Shown piece by piece: positions 38,566 to 50,849 of a DNA stretch of 64,000 bases. Position numbers and translations under genes: made by a program. Under the pieces are notes generated by a model, which worked only from the letters and a program-made list of their open reading frames with translations, did not search any database and was not told the origin of the DNA. Numbering within the stretch: position 1 is the first letter of the stretch; the number at the start of each line of letters is the position of its first letter. Where the stretch lies: contig CP086569.2 of NCBI GenBank assembly GCA_009914755.4, forward strand, positions 5,632,001 to 5,696,000. The letters are read 5' to 3'. Source of the DNA: the human T2T-CHM13v2.0 reference genome, Homo sapiens.

Positions 38566-39040
38566 CAAAGTGTACTATGATGGTTAATTTTAGGTACTGA
38601 CTTGACTGGGTCACGTGGTAATCAGGAATTTGGTTAAATATTATTTCTGGGTGTGTCTGTGAGGGTGTTTCTGGATGAGATTAACATTTGAATCAGTAGA
38701 CTGAGTAAAGCAGATTACCCTCCCGGTGTGAGTGAGCTCTATTCAATCCATTGAAGTCCTGGATAGAAAAAAATATGAGTAAAAAAGAATTCTTTCTCTC
38801 TGCCTGATTGACTTTAAACTGGGGCATTGGTCTTATCTTACCTTCAGACTCAAACTCAGACTGGAAGTTACACAATCTATTCTCCTGGTTCTCAGGCCTT
38901 TGGACTCAAACAACAACTCCATCAACTCTCCTGGGTCTCTAGTTTGCCAGCTGCATATCTTGAATTTCTCAGCCTCCATAATCACATGAGCCAACCCAGA
39001 CTAATACAACACTCAACATACTATAGTAGGATAGATACAA
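38566..39040 (+). repeat. ERVL/MaLR-type solo LTR (MLT/MER-like; subfamily not assigned)
   Basis: Starts tatgatggttaattttaggtactgacttgactgggtcacgtggtaatcaggaatttggttaaatattatttctgggtgtgtctgtgagggtgtttctggatgagattaacatttgaatcagtagactgagtaaagcagattaccctc... and ends ...ctcagcctccataatcacatgagccaacccagactaatacaa, a recurrent mammalian LTR consensus pattern ending ...gactaataca. Confidence 0.45.
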
Positions 39041-39654
39041 GATAATAGCTATAGACATCTCAGTTTGAATGAGGGAGAAAATGAAAGGTGAAATTAAGTC
39101 ACTGGTTCATGGAAGTTATGAAATCTAGACAGGCAAACTCTAACCAAAGCTCCTTGATCGGGTTTCAATGATAAGGAATAATCTTTGGAACATTTAGCTG
39201 TGCCCTATGAGTTTTTTTGTTTCTGCCCTTCAAATCATTCTTCCTTTTTCACGGAAAGTAGCTTGTGTTTGCAGCTCAGTCTGCTTCCTGCCAGTAGAAT
39301 TTTGGAAATCCAAGAAACATGTTTTGTTTTCAGTTCTGTGTCTTTTTTTTAGTCCAAGCTGACAGCATTTCTGCTAAAATACATTTCTTAAGAAGCTAGT
39401 GAGCCTTCATGTATTTAATAGGGATTCATTTCATTAGACAAAAGACAGACCCACTGATCTTTTCAAGATAACTGCTTCTCTAATTCTTTCTGGCTCCTGC
39501 TAAGTTGGATGAGAGAAAATGCCCTTACAGTTCCAAGTAATTTTCTGATTTGGTTAAGAGATCAGTGAGGTAAAAAATCTTTTCAAATAAACTTTTGTGA
39601 GACTGATACTGTAATATTTTTATCTTTCTGAGGTTTCAGGAAAGGGTTGTATGC

Positions 39655-40260
39655 CGAGACCAGCTCGGTAGTGGAGACCCTAACCCCCACGACCCTAACC
39701 CAGCAGCGCTAGAGGAATTAAAGACACACACACAGAAATATAGCATGTGGAGTGGGAAATCAGGGGTCTCACAACCTTCAGAGCTGAGAGCCTCTGACAG
39801 AGGTTTACCCACACATTTATTGACAGAAAGCCAGTGATAAACATTGTTTCTATAGATTATAGATTAACTAAAAGTATTCCTTACAAGGAAACAAAGGGAT
39901 GGGCCGAAATAAAGGGATGGGTCTGGCTAGATATTTGCAGCAGCAACATGTCTTAAGGGGCAGATTGCTCATGCTAGTGTTTGTGGTTTAAGAATGCCTT
40001 AAGCGGTTTTCGGCCCTGGGTGGGCCAGGTGTTCCTTGCCCACATTCCGGCAAACCCACAACCTTCAGCGTGGGCGTCAGGGCCATCACAAACATGTCAC
40101 AGTGCTGCAGAGATTTTGTTTATGGCCAGTTTTGGGGCCAGTTTATGACCAGATTTGGGGGGCCTGTTCCCAATAGTTGTAGAGTCACCCACAGCCTTTT
40201 CTCTAGAACACAATTTTCTAACAGTGAATCTCCTAATTCAGTTTCTTTGGGCAACTTGAT
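39655..40260. repeat. GC-rich ERV solo-LTR-like repeat (class and orientation uncertain)
   Basis: ...ggaattaaagacacacacacagaaatatagcatgtggagtgggaaatcaggggtctcacaaccttcagagctgagagcc...aaataaagggatgggtctggctagatatttgcagcagcaacatgtcttaagggg...tgtcacagtgctgcagagattttgtttatggccagttttggggccagtttatgaccagatttggggggcctgttcccaa. I recall this from HERV-type LTR consensus but cannot name the family with confidence. Confidence 0.35.
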
Positions 40261-41579
40261 AAGCTGAAAATTTCCAAAATTATCAAGTCTTGCTTGCTTT
40301 TCATATAACACTGCTTTCTTCAATTTAAATCTTTTCTCTCACATTTTACTAATAAGCGACAAAACTATGACATACATTGAACACTTTGTTTGCAGATCTC
40401 ATCTAAATATCTAAGGTGATCAGTTAAATTTTATTCCACATAACCGAAAGTCACATTTCTGCTAAGTTCACCAACACTATAAAACAATGGTCCTTCTTCC
40501 TCCAATTTCCATTAATATATCCTTCCCTACTTTTTGAGCTCTCACCCCTAGTGTCCTCCAAGTCCAAGTTTCTAACTATTAAGAGTGATTTAATTTTGCT
40601 GTGTCATGCCCTTAATAAATCTTCCAGATTCTGCCCATTGCTTTTCTCATAAGCAGCACTGCAATAAAGATAACAAAATTTGTATTAGCTATCTATTGCT
40701 ACTTAAATTCTGCATTATTCAGGTTACCAGAGAAGCTGAACTGGTAGATTATGTATGCATTTATATGTATTTCTTAAAAGGGATCTTATTCAATTGAGGG
40801 AATTGACTAAGCATGTCTGAAGTCCATTGAACAAGCAGTCAAGAAGGGAAGATCAAACTCAGGATGAAATTCCATAGGCATGGGTTGAAGTTTTTGGTCC
40901 ATAGATGGCAGTTGGAAAGAAAGTTCTAGAGTAAGGGAGAAATTCTAGACTCAGTGTCTAAAATCTCACTCATACAGGAGATCTATGAAAACCTTTAAAT
41001 ATTTTGGACTGATTAAGTAAATTCTACCCTGGATAATCTCTCTTCTGATGAATTTAAAGTCAGTAGATTAAAGTCAAAATATTAGGAATATTAATCACCC
41101 TACAATTGAAAAATTGTGATTGAAAAATCCATACCTAGCAACAGCTAGATTAATGTTTGATGGAAGAACTGAAGTTTTGTGTTTGCTAAGAAACGGCCAT
41201 TGCCTTCCCTTAGTTCTCCAAATCTCCTAAAGAAAAATCCCTTGTCATCTTCCTGAAACAAAATCAAACTAGAATGGAAATTATTGAAATTGTAGTTCAG
41301 CTTAGCCAAGCTGATACATCAAAAAGTCAGAAAAGCTACGTTAACCCTTGGCCTCTGAAGACAAGCCATGTCTTTTTTGCTGCAATTTTTTGGTCAAGTA
41401 AGTGTCAGGACCAGACTATATTAAAATGGAGCTATACTAGGCTTTATATCATGATGAAAGTTGTGAAAATGTATCAGTAGCCATTTTTAATTTGCCATAT
41501 TCTGCTCTTTGATTATAAATTATTTATATCCCACCGCATCCAGTGTATACTCACCACTCCCAAACTCCCTTCCCTCAAA

Positions 41580-41790
41580 TACACACTGTATTATTCTATT
41601 TATGTAAAATATAAGAATAGGTGAGACTAATCTGTGATAATGCTTCTCAGGGAGAACTTGACTGGAAAGATGTGTAAAGAAACTTCCTGAGGTATGGGAA
41701 TGTTTTATAACTGACCTTGAGAGGGGGTTACACAAATATAAACAATTGTCAAAATTTATCTGAATAAACAAATAAACCTTTATAGATTTT
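41580..41790 (+). mobile_element. L1M 3'-terminal fragment
   Basis: ...atttatgtaaaatataagaataggtgagactaatctgtgataatgc...tgtaaagaaacttcctgagg...ttacacaaatataaacaattgtcaaaatttatctgaataaacaaataaa resembles the L1M 3' terminus (...ccatttatatgaaatgtccagaataggcaaatc...tgtgaatatactaaaaaccactgaattgtacacttt...tatctcaataaagctgtt). Confidence 0.4.
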
Positions 41791-41849
41791 ATTTTAGGTA
41801 AATTTTATCTCAATAACATGCTTTTTAATATATCAAATTCTAAGGAACT

Positions 41850-43100
41850 AATGAAAGTTGGATTAAACACAGCTGAATAGAAATTTGTAAATCTAAAGAT
41901 AGATCTGAATAAATAGTCAGAATGTAGTACAGAAAGTCAAAGAATTGGAAAATATGAGAGGATAATACAAGCGGAAGATAGAATGAAAAGGTCTAAAATA
42001 TATCTAATCAGAGTCTCAAAATGAGAAAACTGAGAGGATGAATGAGAACCAATCTATAAAAATACTACGGTTGAGGATTTTTCAGAAATTATGAGAGAGA
42101 TGAAAAACTTAAATTTCAAAAGAACAAGGATTTTTGTCTATTAATTTATTACATTACTGTCAGTATGTAGAACCCTTCCAGGCATAAATTAGATATGTAA
42201 TAAATATTAATAAATATTTGCGGAATAAATGACTAAAGCCTCAGAAATAAGAGGAAATGTAAACACAAAAAAAATAAATTCACTTATAAGCTCATTGTAG
42301 TAAAGCTATTGAAGTTCTAAGATAAAGATAAGATTTTGAAAGTAGCTACAATAAAAAGATAAGTAAAATACAATTATACTCTATTCCTATAAAAATCTAC
42401 AGAAAGATTTCAAAAATACTAAAATATAGCCTGCAGAATGTTCTTCTTTGGTTAACACTATCTAAGAGAAGGTATCTTGGTTTTATCAATATTAAATTTT
42501 TTTGAACACATATATATATATATACATGAGGTTGTTTTTAGAACTAAGAGAGACAATATTTAGCAACTGTTGCTAAAAACTATATTAATTGATTGGTAAA
42601 AGAGAAATAATACCTAAAGCATTTTACGTCTTAAGAAGAAAGATGTTTACACATAAATAGAGATTTCACTGTTTTAAATTTAGGTTTTGAGATTGATTTG
42701 TAACAAACTGTAAAATTTCTGATTTTAAAGAATGGTTTTCAATTAGCATTTTTACATAGAATATTTGATATGCAGGATCAAATTACTGACATTAAGAAAG
42801 AGATGCTTGTTTTTGCAAACCAAATCAATGACACATAGACAGGATAAAACAACAGACCAGCCTGAACACCACAGGAATAAATGTGATTAGAAAAATGTGC
42901 TAGATTTCATTATTAATCAGAGAAATGTATATTAAATCTAGGAAGTTATACCATTTTACATTCATTAATTTGGCAAACATTAAAGAAATGTTAGCAAGAA
43001 TGTGGATCAGTGGGAACTCCAATGTTATATCGTGCTCATAATAGTTTAAACAAGCAAATTTACTTTGGAAAACAATGGGTATTTTTTTTTAAGTTGAATA
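41850..43100 (+). mobile_element. Degraded L1M ORF1/ORF2-derived sequence (highly diverged, patchy)
   Basis: ORF1-like ...agaatgtagtacagaaagtcaaagaattggaaaatatgagaggataatacaagcggaagatagaatgaaaaggtctaaaatatatctaatcagagtctcaaaatgagaaaactgagaggatgaatgag... (L1M ORF1 NIRIIGVPEGEERE-like). The downstream A-rich material has L1M ORF2-like stretches. Weak call. Confidence 0.3.
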
Positions 43101-44299
43101 TTGATATTGTTTTTGATCCAGCAATTCTATTATAAGGTATTCATAACATAAAAGACTATACATTGGGTACAGTGTACCCTGTTCCAGTGATGGGTACATC
43201 AATATTTCAGAAGGCACCACTGAATAACTTGTCCATGAGACTCAACAACACCTGTTCCCCCAAAACCTATTTAAATAAAAATTAAAAAAGATTACACTGG
43301 GAGATGTTTCTTCAACATTTCTAGAATACAATGTATATGGCAACAATTTTGTAATAGCAAAAACATAGACTAATATAAATGTTGTAGTAGTATAATGGAT
43401 ATATATGCATTGGCATATTCACCCTACATAATATTATCCAACTGTGATACTTGAGGAACTACAACTATATTTTACAACTATGATAAATATTAAAGACATA
43501 ATTTTTGCTTCAAAAAGCAAAACACAGAAGACAACTTCTATCATGCAATGTTCATAACTCAAAACAAGCATAATGAGCGATGTCAGCAAGATGGTGAATT
43601 AGGAAGAGCCAAGTGCTCACTACCCTGTGGAAACACCAAGTACACAACATATGGACCAAAGTAGCTTTATGACAACTCTGGAAATCAGTTAAGAAGCTGC
43701 AGCATCTAAGAGAACCCTCAGCCAAGAAAAAGCCACACTCAAAATGGTGATATGTTTTGTGGCATTTTTTCTTGCCCATGTCCCTACCCCCTCCCTGTTC
43801 TGTTGTGGCATAGCTGGGAGGAAGCCTCCTTAATTCCTAGTTTCTCAATACAGAAGAAAAACAGTAAAACTTGTTCACAATAACGTGGCTTGTCTTGGGC
43901 CTACCCAAGGTAATGGTTTCTGTCTTGTCTTAACTGGAGCGCTGATGGGGACAGTGGCATAGATGTAATATCAGATTGTAAGGTACTGAAAACAATAGTG
44001 GGCACAGTCGTGTGTGAAAACTACAGGAAAACTGCAGACTTGTGGATGCCTGAGGGCAAGAGATTACAAACAGAATAATAGAACATCTAAGGACCAGAGA
44101 AGAAACAGAAATGAGGCTTTTAAAGGAATGAAGATATTTAAAATCAGCCATGTACATGGGGAATTGGGTAATAGAGCACATGCACAGGCCCCATGAACAT
44201 GTATCCTCAGAAAAGGCCAGAGAAGATCTTGAGTTTTCATGCAAGAGTGGTTAGTGGTGTCTTCTCTATAGAGTTAATCTACAAGCACTGTAAGAAGTG

Positions 44300-46000
44300 A
44301 TTGTTTTTTCAAATCAAATTTTCAACAAAAGATCACAATGCATAAAAGACACAGGAAATGATGTCCCATTTCAAATAACAAACTAAATCTTCAGAAACCA
44401 TCCGTAAGTAAACAGTCTTAGAAGTTACTTGATAAAGTTTTTAAAACAAATGTCTTAAATATGCTCAAAAAGCTGAAGGAGAACACAGACAAAGCATTAA
44501 GGAACTTAGAAAAATAATACCTTAACATAATAAAAATATTAATAAAAATATATAAATTAATAAAAAGAATCAAATGAATATTCTGGAGCTGTAAAATTTA
44601 ATAACTGAATTGAAAAATACACTAGAGAAACTCAACAGCAGACCTGAACAGGTAAAAGAAATAACCAGCACACATGAAGACAGATCATTTAAAAGTATGG
44701 ATCTGAGGAGAAGAAAGAAAAAATAAGGAAGTAAACAGAGTAAGGGACTTATGGGACATCATCAAGTAGATTAATACATGCATTATCAAAGTCTCAGAAG
44801 AAGATACAAAGAAAGGGAAAGAGAGGTTATTTGATGGAATAATTACCACAATCTCCCAAATTTGGAAAAAGACATACAAATTCAAGAGGCTAAAAAACTC
44901 AAAACATGAAAAGTTCAAAGACACCCACACTAAGAGAGATAATAATAAAAGAGTTGAATGTCAAAGAAGAAGAGAGAATCTTTAAAGCAAATAGAGACAA
45001 GTTTTCCTCAGTAGGTTTATCAGTAGATTTGTCAGCAGAAATATTTTAGGCTAGGAGGAAATTGGATTATATTTTTAAAGTATTGATATTAAGAACAAAA
45101 AAAGTCAAAGGACAATTCTGTATCTCGAAAAACTGTCCATCATAATTCAGGGAGAAATTAAGACATTCCTAGATAAACAAAGAATAGCATTCATTCATTC
45201 ATTATCATTAGATCTACTCTACAATGAATGCTAAAGGGAATCCTTCAAGTTGGAATGAAAGGACACTAGAGGATAACTTGAAGCAATACAAAAATATAAA
45301 GTAACCCATTAAACATAAATAGATGAACAATATTAAAACCTATATTATTAAGATTTTGGTTTATAACTTCACTTTATTTAATAGAATTTAAAACACAAGC
45401 TAAGAAACATTTATGAATCTATGCTAATTGGTATACAATCTATAAAGATGTAATTTGTGACATCAATAACAAAAAGGAAAGTGGAGTGGTAAACAAGTAG
45501 AGATTCTGTATGAAATTAAAGTTAAGTTGTTATGTTTAAAATTGACTGTTATAACTTAAATATTTTATGTAATATCTATGTTAAAAACAAAGAATAGAAA
45601 ATTTTTACAAAGAAAATATACACAAAGGAAAATAAGAAGGGAATCAAAATGTGGCACTACAAAAATGAACTAAACATTCACAAAAACAGTAAGGGAGGAA
45701 GTGAAAGACAAAAAAACCATAAGACATACAGAAAACCATTACCAAATGGCATTAGTAAGTCTTTTTCTATTAGTAATTATTTTACATGTAAGTACTTTCC
45801 TATTAGTAATTACATTACATGTACATTAAACATGAATGTAAATTACTTTCAATGCCAATCAAAAGACAGATTGCCAGAATGGAAAATAAACAAAAACTCG
45901 GAATCCATTCCACTATGCTGTCTACAGGAGATTCACTTTAGGTCTAAGGACTTACCTCAGGGCAAGTGAAAAGATCGAAAAATGTATTCCAGACAAATGT
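44300..46000 (+). mobile_element. Old L1M element: ORF1 remnant and start of ORF2, up to the Alu insertion point
   Basis: ORF 45649-45969 ends ...RLPEWKINKNSESIPLCCLQEIHFRSKDLPQGK, which is the L1 ORF2 N-terminus (..LASWIKSQDPSVCCIQETHLTCKDTHRLKIKGW). Upstream is ORF1-like lysine/glutamate-rich text. Confidence 0.5.
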
Positions 46001-46303
46001 ACTGTGGCTTATGCCTGTAATTCCAGCACTTTGCAAGGCCAAGGCAAGAGGATCACTTGAGGCCAGGCCAGGAGTTAGAGAGCAGCCTGAGCAACACAGT
46101 GAGACACTGTCTCTAAAAAACAAACAACAGCAACAAAAAGCCAGACATGGTGGAAAATGCCTATAATCCCAGCTACATATGAAGCTGAGATACGGAGAGT
46201 GCTTGAGCCTTGGAGTTCGAGGTTACAGTGAGTTACGATCATGGCACTACACTATAGCCTGGGTGACAGGGTGAGATCATGTTTCTGAAAAAGAAAAAAA
46301 AAA
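46001..46303 (+). mobile_element. Older Alu (AluJ/S-like, 5'-truncated by about 8 nt, diverged) inserted into the L1M ORF2 start
   Basis: actgtggcttatgcctgtaattccagcactttgcaaggccaaggcaagaggatcacttgaggccaggccaggagttagagagcagcctgagcaacacagtgagacactgtctctaaaaaac...gcctgggtgacagggtgagatcatgtttctgaaaaagaaaaaaaaaa. Confidence 0.85.
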
Positions 46304-46670
46304 CAGAGAGAAAAAAATATTCCATTGAATAAATAGTGGAGAAAGAAAACCCGGGTGGCTATAATAATAGCAGACAAAATAGGCTTTAAGTCACAAACTT
46401 TTATAAGAGACAAAGAAGAACATTAAATCATGATAAATGAATCATTCCACCTAGAAAATATAACAATTATCATATGCACCAAATATCATAACTCCAAAAT
46501 ATGTGACGCAAATATCGACAGAATCAAACAGAGAAATAGGAATAGGAGGAGACTTCAATACTTCACTTTCAATAATAGAAAATGAGACAGAAGATCAATA
46601 AGAAAAGGGAGGACTTAAATATCACCACAACAATTGGATGTAAAAGATATATATGGAAACCTCTAGGTGG
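46304..46670 (+). mobile_element. Continuation of the old L1M ORF2 endonuclease region after the Alu
   Basis: ggagacttcaatacttcactttcaataatagaaaatgagacagaagatcaataag translates to GDFNTSLSIIENETEDQ*, corresponding to L1 EN GDFNTPLSTLDRSTRQKVNK. Upstream ...aaataggctttaagtcacaaacttttataagagacaaagaagaacattaaatcatgataaatgaatcattccacctagaaaatataacaattatcatatgcaccaaa corresponds to KIDFKTKTIKRDKEGHYIMIKGSIQQEDITIVNIYAPN. Confidence 0.5.
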
Positions 46671-46674
46671 CTGG

Positions 46675-47497
46675 CCAAATAGTAACAGCTCTGGTCTGCA
46701 GCTCCCAGTAAGATCAATGCAGAAGGTGGGTAATTTCTGCATTTCCAACTGAGGTAGCAGGCTCATCTCATTGGGACTGGTTAGACAGTGGGTGCAGCCC
46801 ACAGAGGATGAGCTGAAGCAGGGTGGGGCGTTACCTCACCCAGGAAGTGCAAGGGGTCAGGGAACTCCCTCCTCTAACCAAGGAAGGCTGTGAGGGACTG
46901 TGCCGTGAGGAACAGCGCACTCCAGCCCAGATACTATGCTTTTCCCATGGTCTTCACAACCTGCAGACCAGGAGATTCCCTCTGGTGCTTATGCCACCAG
47001 GGCCCTGGGTTTCAAGCACAAAACTGGGCAGCCACTTGGGCAGAAACCAATCTAGCTGCAGGACTTGTTTTTTCCTTCATAGCGCAGTGGTGCCTGGAAC
47101 GCCAGCTAGACAGAACCATTTACTCCCCTGGAAAGGGGGCTGAAGCCAGGGAGCCAAGTGGTCTAGCTCAGCAGATCCCACCCCCGTGGAGCCCGGCAAG
47201 CTAAGATCCACTGGGTTGAAATTCTTGCTGCCTGCACAGCAGTCTGAAGTCCACTTGGGATGCTCGAGGTTAGTGGAGGGAGGGGCATATGACATTACTG
47301 AGGCTTGAGTAGGCTGTTTTCCCCTCACAGTGTAAACAAAGCCACTGGGAAGATCAAACTGGGTGGAGCCCACCACAGCTTGGCAAAGCCACTGTAGTCA
47401 GACTGCCTCTCTAGATTATTCCTCTCTGGGCAGGGCCTCTATGAAAGAAAGGCATCAGCCCCAGTCAGGGGCTTATAGATAAAACTCCCAACTCCCC
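46675..47497 (+). mobile_element. L1PA-type 5'UTR fragment
   Basis: ggccaaatagtaacagctctggtctgcagctcccagtaagatcaatgcagaaggtgggtaatttctgcatttccaactgaggtagcaggctcatctcattgggactggttagacagtgggtgcagcccacagagg...cagggtggggcgttacctcacccaggaagtgcaaggggtcagggaactccc corresponds to L1PA ggccgaataggaacagctccggtctacagctcccagcgtgagcgacgcagaagacggtgatttctgcatttccatctgaggtaccgggttcatctcactagggagtgccagacagtgggcgcaggcc. Confidence 0.8.
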
Positions 47498-49075
47498 AAT
47501 GTTATTCTTATCAAACTACCAATAACATTCTTTATAGAAGTAGTAAAAAAACTATTAAATCAACATTGAACCAAAAAGAGCTTGAACAGCCAAGACAATT
47601 TTAAGCAAAAAGAACAAAACAGGAAGCATCATGTTACCTGACTTCAAACTATGTGACAGGACTATGGTAAGCAAAAGAACATGGATACTCGTACAAAAAC
47701 AGACACATAGACCAACGGAACAGAATATAGAGCTTAGAAATAAGGCCGCATACCTACAACCATCTAATTGTCAATAAAATTGACTTTATAAAACAACAAT
47801 GGAGAAAAGATTCCCTATTCAATAAATAGTGCTGGGATAACTGGCTAACCATATGCAGAAGATTGAAACTGGACGCCTTCCTTATACCATACACAAAAAT
47901 CAACTAAAGATAGATTAAAGACCTACATGTTAAACCCAAAACTATAAATCCCTGGAAGACAACCTAGGCAACACCATTCAGGACATATAAACAAGCAAGG
48001 ATTTTATGACAAAGATGCCAAAAGTAATTGCAACAAAAGCAGAAATGACAAATAGGTTCTAATTAAACGAAAGAACTTCTGTACAGCAAAAACAAACAAA
48101 CAAACAAACAAAAACCAATGAGTAGAAGAAACAGATGACCAACAGAATGGGAGAAAATTTTTGCAATCTATACATCTGAAAAATGTCTAATATCCACCAT
48201 CTATAAGGAATTTAGACAAATTCACAAGAAAGAAACCAACAACCTCATTAAACAGTGGACAAAGGACTTGAACACTTTTTTAAAGAAGACATACATGTGG
48301 CCAAAGAAGCATATGAAAGAAACTCAATATCACTAATCATTAGAGAGTTGCAAATCAAAACCACAATGAGATACCATCTCACACCAGTCAGAATGGCTAT
48401 TACTAAAATATCAAAAAATAACAGATGCTTGTGAGGTTGCAGAGAAAAGGGAATGCTTATACACCATTGGTGGGAGTGTAAATTAGTTCAACCCTTGTGG
48501 AAGACAATGTGGTGATTCCTCAAGGACATAAAGACAGAAATACCATTTGACCCAGCCCATTACTGGATATATATCCAAAGGAATAGAAATTGTTCTGTCA
48601 TAGGGACACATGCACACATATGTTGATTGCAGCACTATTCACAAAAGCAAAGAAGTGGATTAAATCTAAATGCTAATCAATGGTAGACTGGATAAAGAAA
48701 ATGTAGTACTTATATACCCTGGAATATTATGCAGCCAAAAAAAAGAGTGAGTTCATGTCCCTTGCAGGAACATGGATGAAGCTGGAGGCCATTATCCTCA
48801 GAAAACTTACGCAGTAACAGAAAACCAAACACTACATGTTCTCCCTTGTAAGTGGAAGCTAAATGGTGAGAACACATGGACACAGAGAGAGGAACAACAG
48901 ACACTGGTGCATACCTGATCAGGGAGGATGGGAGAAGGCAGAGGATCAGATAAAATAACTACTTGGTACTAGTATTAATACCTGGATAACAAAGTAATCT
49001 GGACAACCAATATGAGTTTACCTATATAACAAACCTGTGCATGTACCACTGAACCTAAAATAAAAGTTTTTCTAA
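47498..49075 (+). mobile_element. L1 ORF2 C-terminal 1.2 kb plus 3'UTR, joined directly to the 5'UTR fragment, which implies an internal L1 deletion of about 3.7 kb or a chimeric element
   Basis: It starts ...caaactaccaataacattctttatagaagtagtaaaaaaactattaaatcaacattgaaccaaaaagagcttgaacagccaagacaattttaagcaaaaagaacaaaacaggaagcatcatgttacctgacttcaaactatgtgacagg (L1 [54 protein letters not shown]). It runs through ...aacaaacctgtgcatgtaccactgaacctaaaataaaag, an L1P 3'UTR. (CAAA)n is at 48095-48118. Confidence 0.8.
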
Positions 49076-49270
49076 GAATGAATATTTTGTTCCTAATGTG
49101 GAACCCGTAACTATATAGTCTTAGGGACATCATATCACTTTTCCTGGCCTCATCTGTTAAACACCATTACACATCTATTCATATCAAACATTATAGAATG
49201 TTATGAATGTGAATTATTTCCCATTAGGTAAAGATTTTGGAGTTCTTATAAAGAAAGGGAGGAGATATAT

Positions 49271-49290
49271 AAGAACAAAAACTACTTTTA
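49271..49290. repeat. Left TSD of the minus-strand Alu at 49291-49606 (aagaacaaaaactactttta; right copy aagaacaaggactactttta at 49609-49628)
   Basis: A 20-bp direct repeat with 2 mismatches flanks the Alu. Confidence 0.7.
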
Positions 49291-49606
49291 TTGTATTTAT
49301 ACTTTTAATTTTGTTTCAAGACAGGGTCTTGCTCTGTTATCCACGCTGGAGTTCAGTGGTACATTAGTAGCTCACTGCAATGTCGAGCTCCTGGGCTCTC
49401 AGCAGTACTTCCACTACTTCCACCTCAGCTCCGCAAGTAGTTAGGACTACACTCATGCACCACCATGCGTGGCTATTCTTTTTTTACTTTTTGTAGATAT
49501 AGGGTCTTGCCTTTTGTAGAGGCTTGTCTTAAATGTGAGCCTCAAGCAAACCTCCCATCTTGGCCTCCCTAGTGCTGGGATTACAGAAGTGAGGCATCAT
49601 GTTTGG
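49291..49606 (-). mobile_element. AluS/J-type SINE, minus orientation
   Basis: rc of 49560-49606 is ggccaaacatgatgcctcacttctgtaatcccagcac.... The + strand shows ...agacagggtcttgctctgttatccacgctggagttcagtggtac...cctcccatcttggcctccctagtgctgggattacag. Confidence 0.9.
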
Positions 49607-49901
49607 CCCCAAGAACAAGGACTACTTTTAAAATAACATGACAGAAAAAATAAAACAGCCTGACAAAGCTTTAGTTGAAAATCGAATTTTTATAAATTCT
49701 ATTCTTCTATTTTTCTGAACTTCTATAACATTTCTCATCATAATTTGTAATGGGAGGGAGCATTATTGAGAGAATGAAAAAACACCTGTGTGACTAGTGC
49801 TCAGAAAAAAAGAAAGTATGTGTAAAAGACCAGGCTGGAGAAATATAGAGGGACAAATCAAACAAGGGGTTGGGAGCCAGGCTAAAGATATTGTTCTTTA
49901 G

Positions 49902-50246
<345 letters not shown>

Positions 50247-50261
50247 TAATTGAGAAGTTTG
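50247..50261. repeat. Right TSD (taattgagaagtttg)
   Basis: Matches 49921-49935. Confidence 0.9.
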
Positions 50262-50291
50262 AACCAGAAAAATAAAATGATCAGACTTGTA

Positions 50292-50351
50292 TTAGGTTGG
50301 TCACCATTACTTTTAATGGCAAAAACCGCGATCACTTTTACACCAACCTAG
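50292..50351. mobile_element. MADE1 (Hsmar1/mariner-derived MITE) copy with about 20-bp internal deletion, flanked by TA/TA
   Basis: ttaggttggtcaccattacttttaatggcaaaaaccgcgatcacttttacaccaacctag corresponds to MADE1 TTAGGTTGGTGCAAAAGTAATTGCGGTTTTTGCCATTAAAAGTAATGGCAAAAACCGCAATTACTTTTGCACCAACCTAA. TA dinucleotides sit at 50290-50291 and 50352-50353. Confidence 0.7.
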
Positions 50352-50849
50352 TATTTTATGAAGCTCACCCTGTTTGCAGTGTGGAAAGTTGATTTGCAAT
50401 GGACAAAAAGCAGATATAGTAAAACTAATGAGAAAATTACAACAGTAGTTCAGGTAGGAGATGATAGGGAATTTGTCTTAGATGTTATTAATTGAAATGA
50501 TACAAAGTGGGCCAAATCATAGTTTCTTTAAATTCAGGGAGTTAGTAATGGAATATAGGAGAAATACAAAGAGATACATGAAATATCAATATTCTTGGAT
50601 TAGGGAGGTAGCTGATTTATGTGTATTATTTTATAAATTAAAATAGAACAATACATAGAACAATGGTGACAAGTTTTCATGAAGCAAAGATTGTGACTAA
50701 TCTTACACTAAGCAACTGACACCCATAAGAAATAAGAAAGGAAACACAACAAACTTTACTAAATAGAAAAATGTGAATTTAATTGACAAACATGTCCTAA
50801 TGTAACAGTAGTTTCAATGCATGTAAATGGATTATAGTGATTAATGAAG

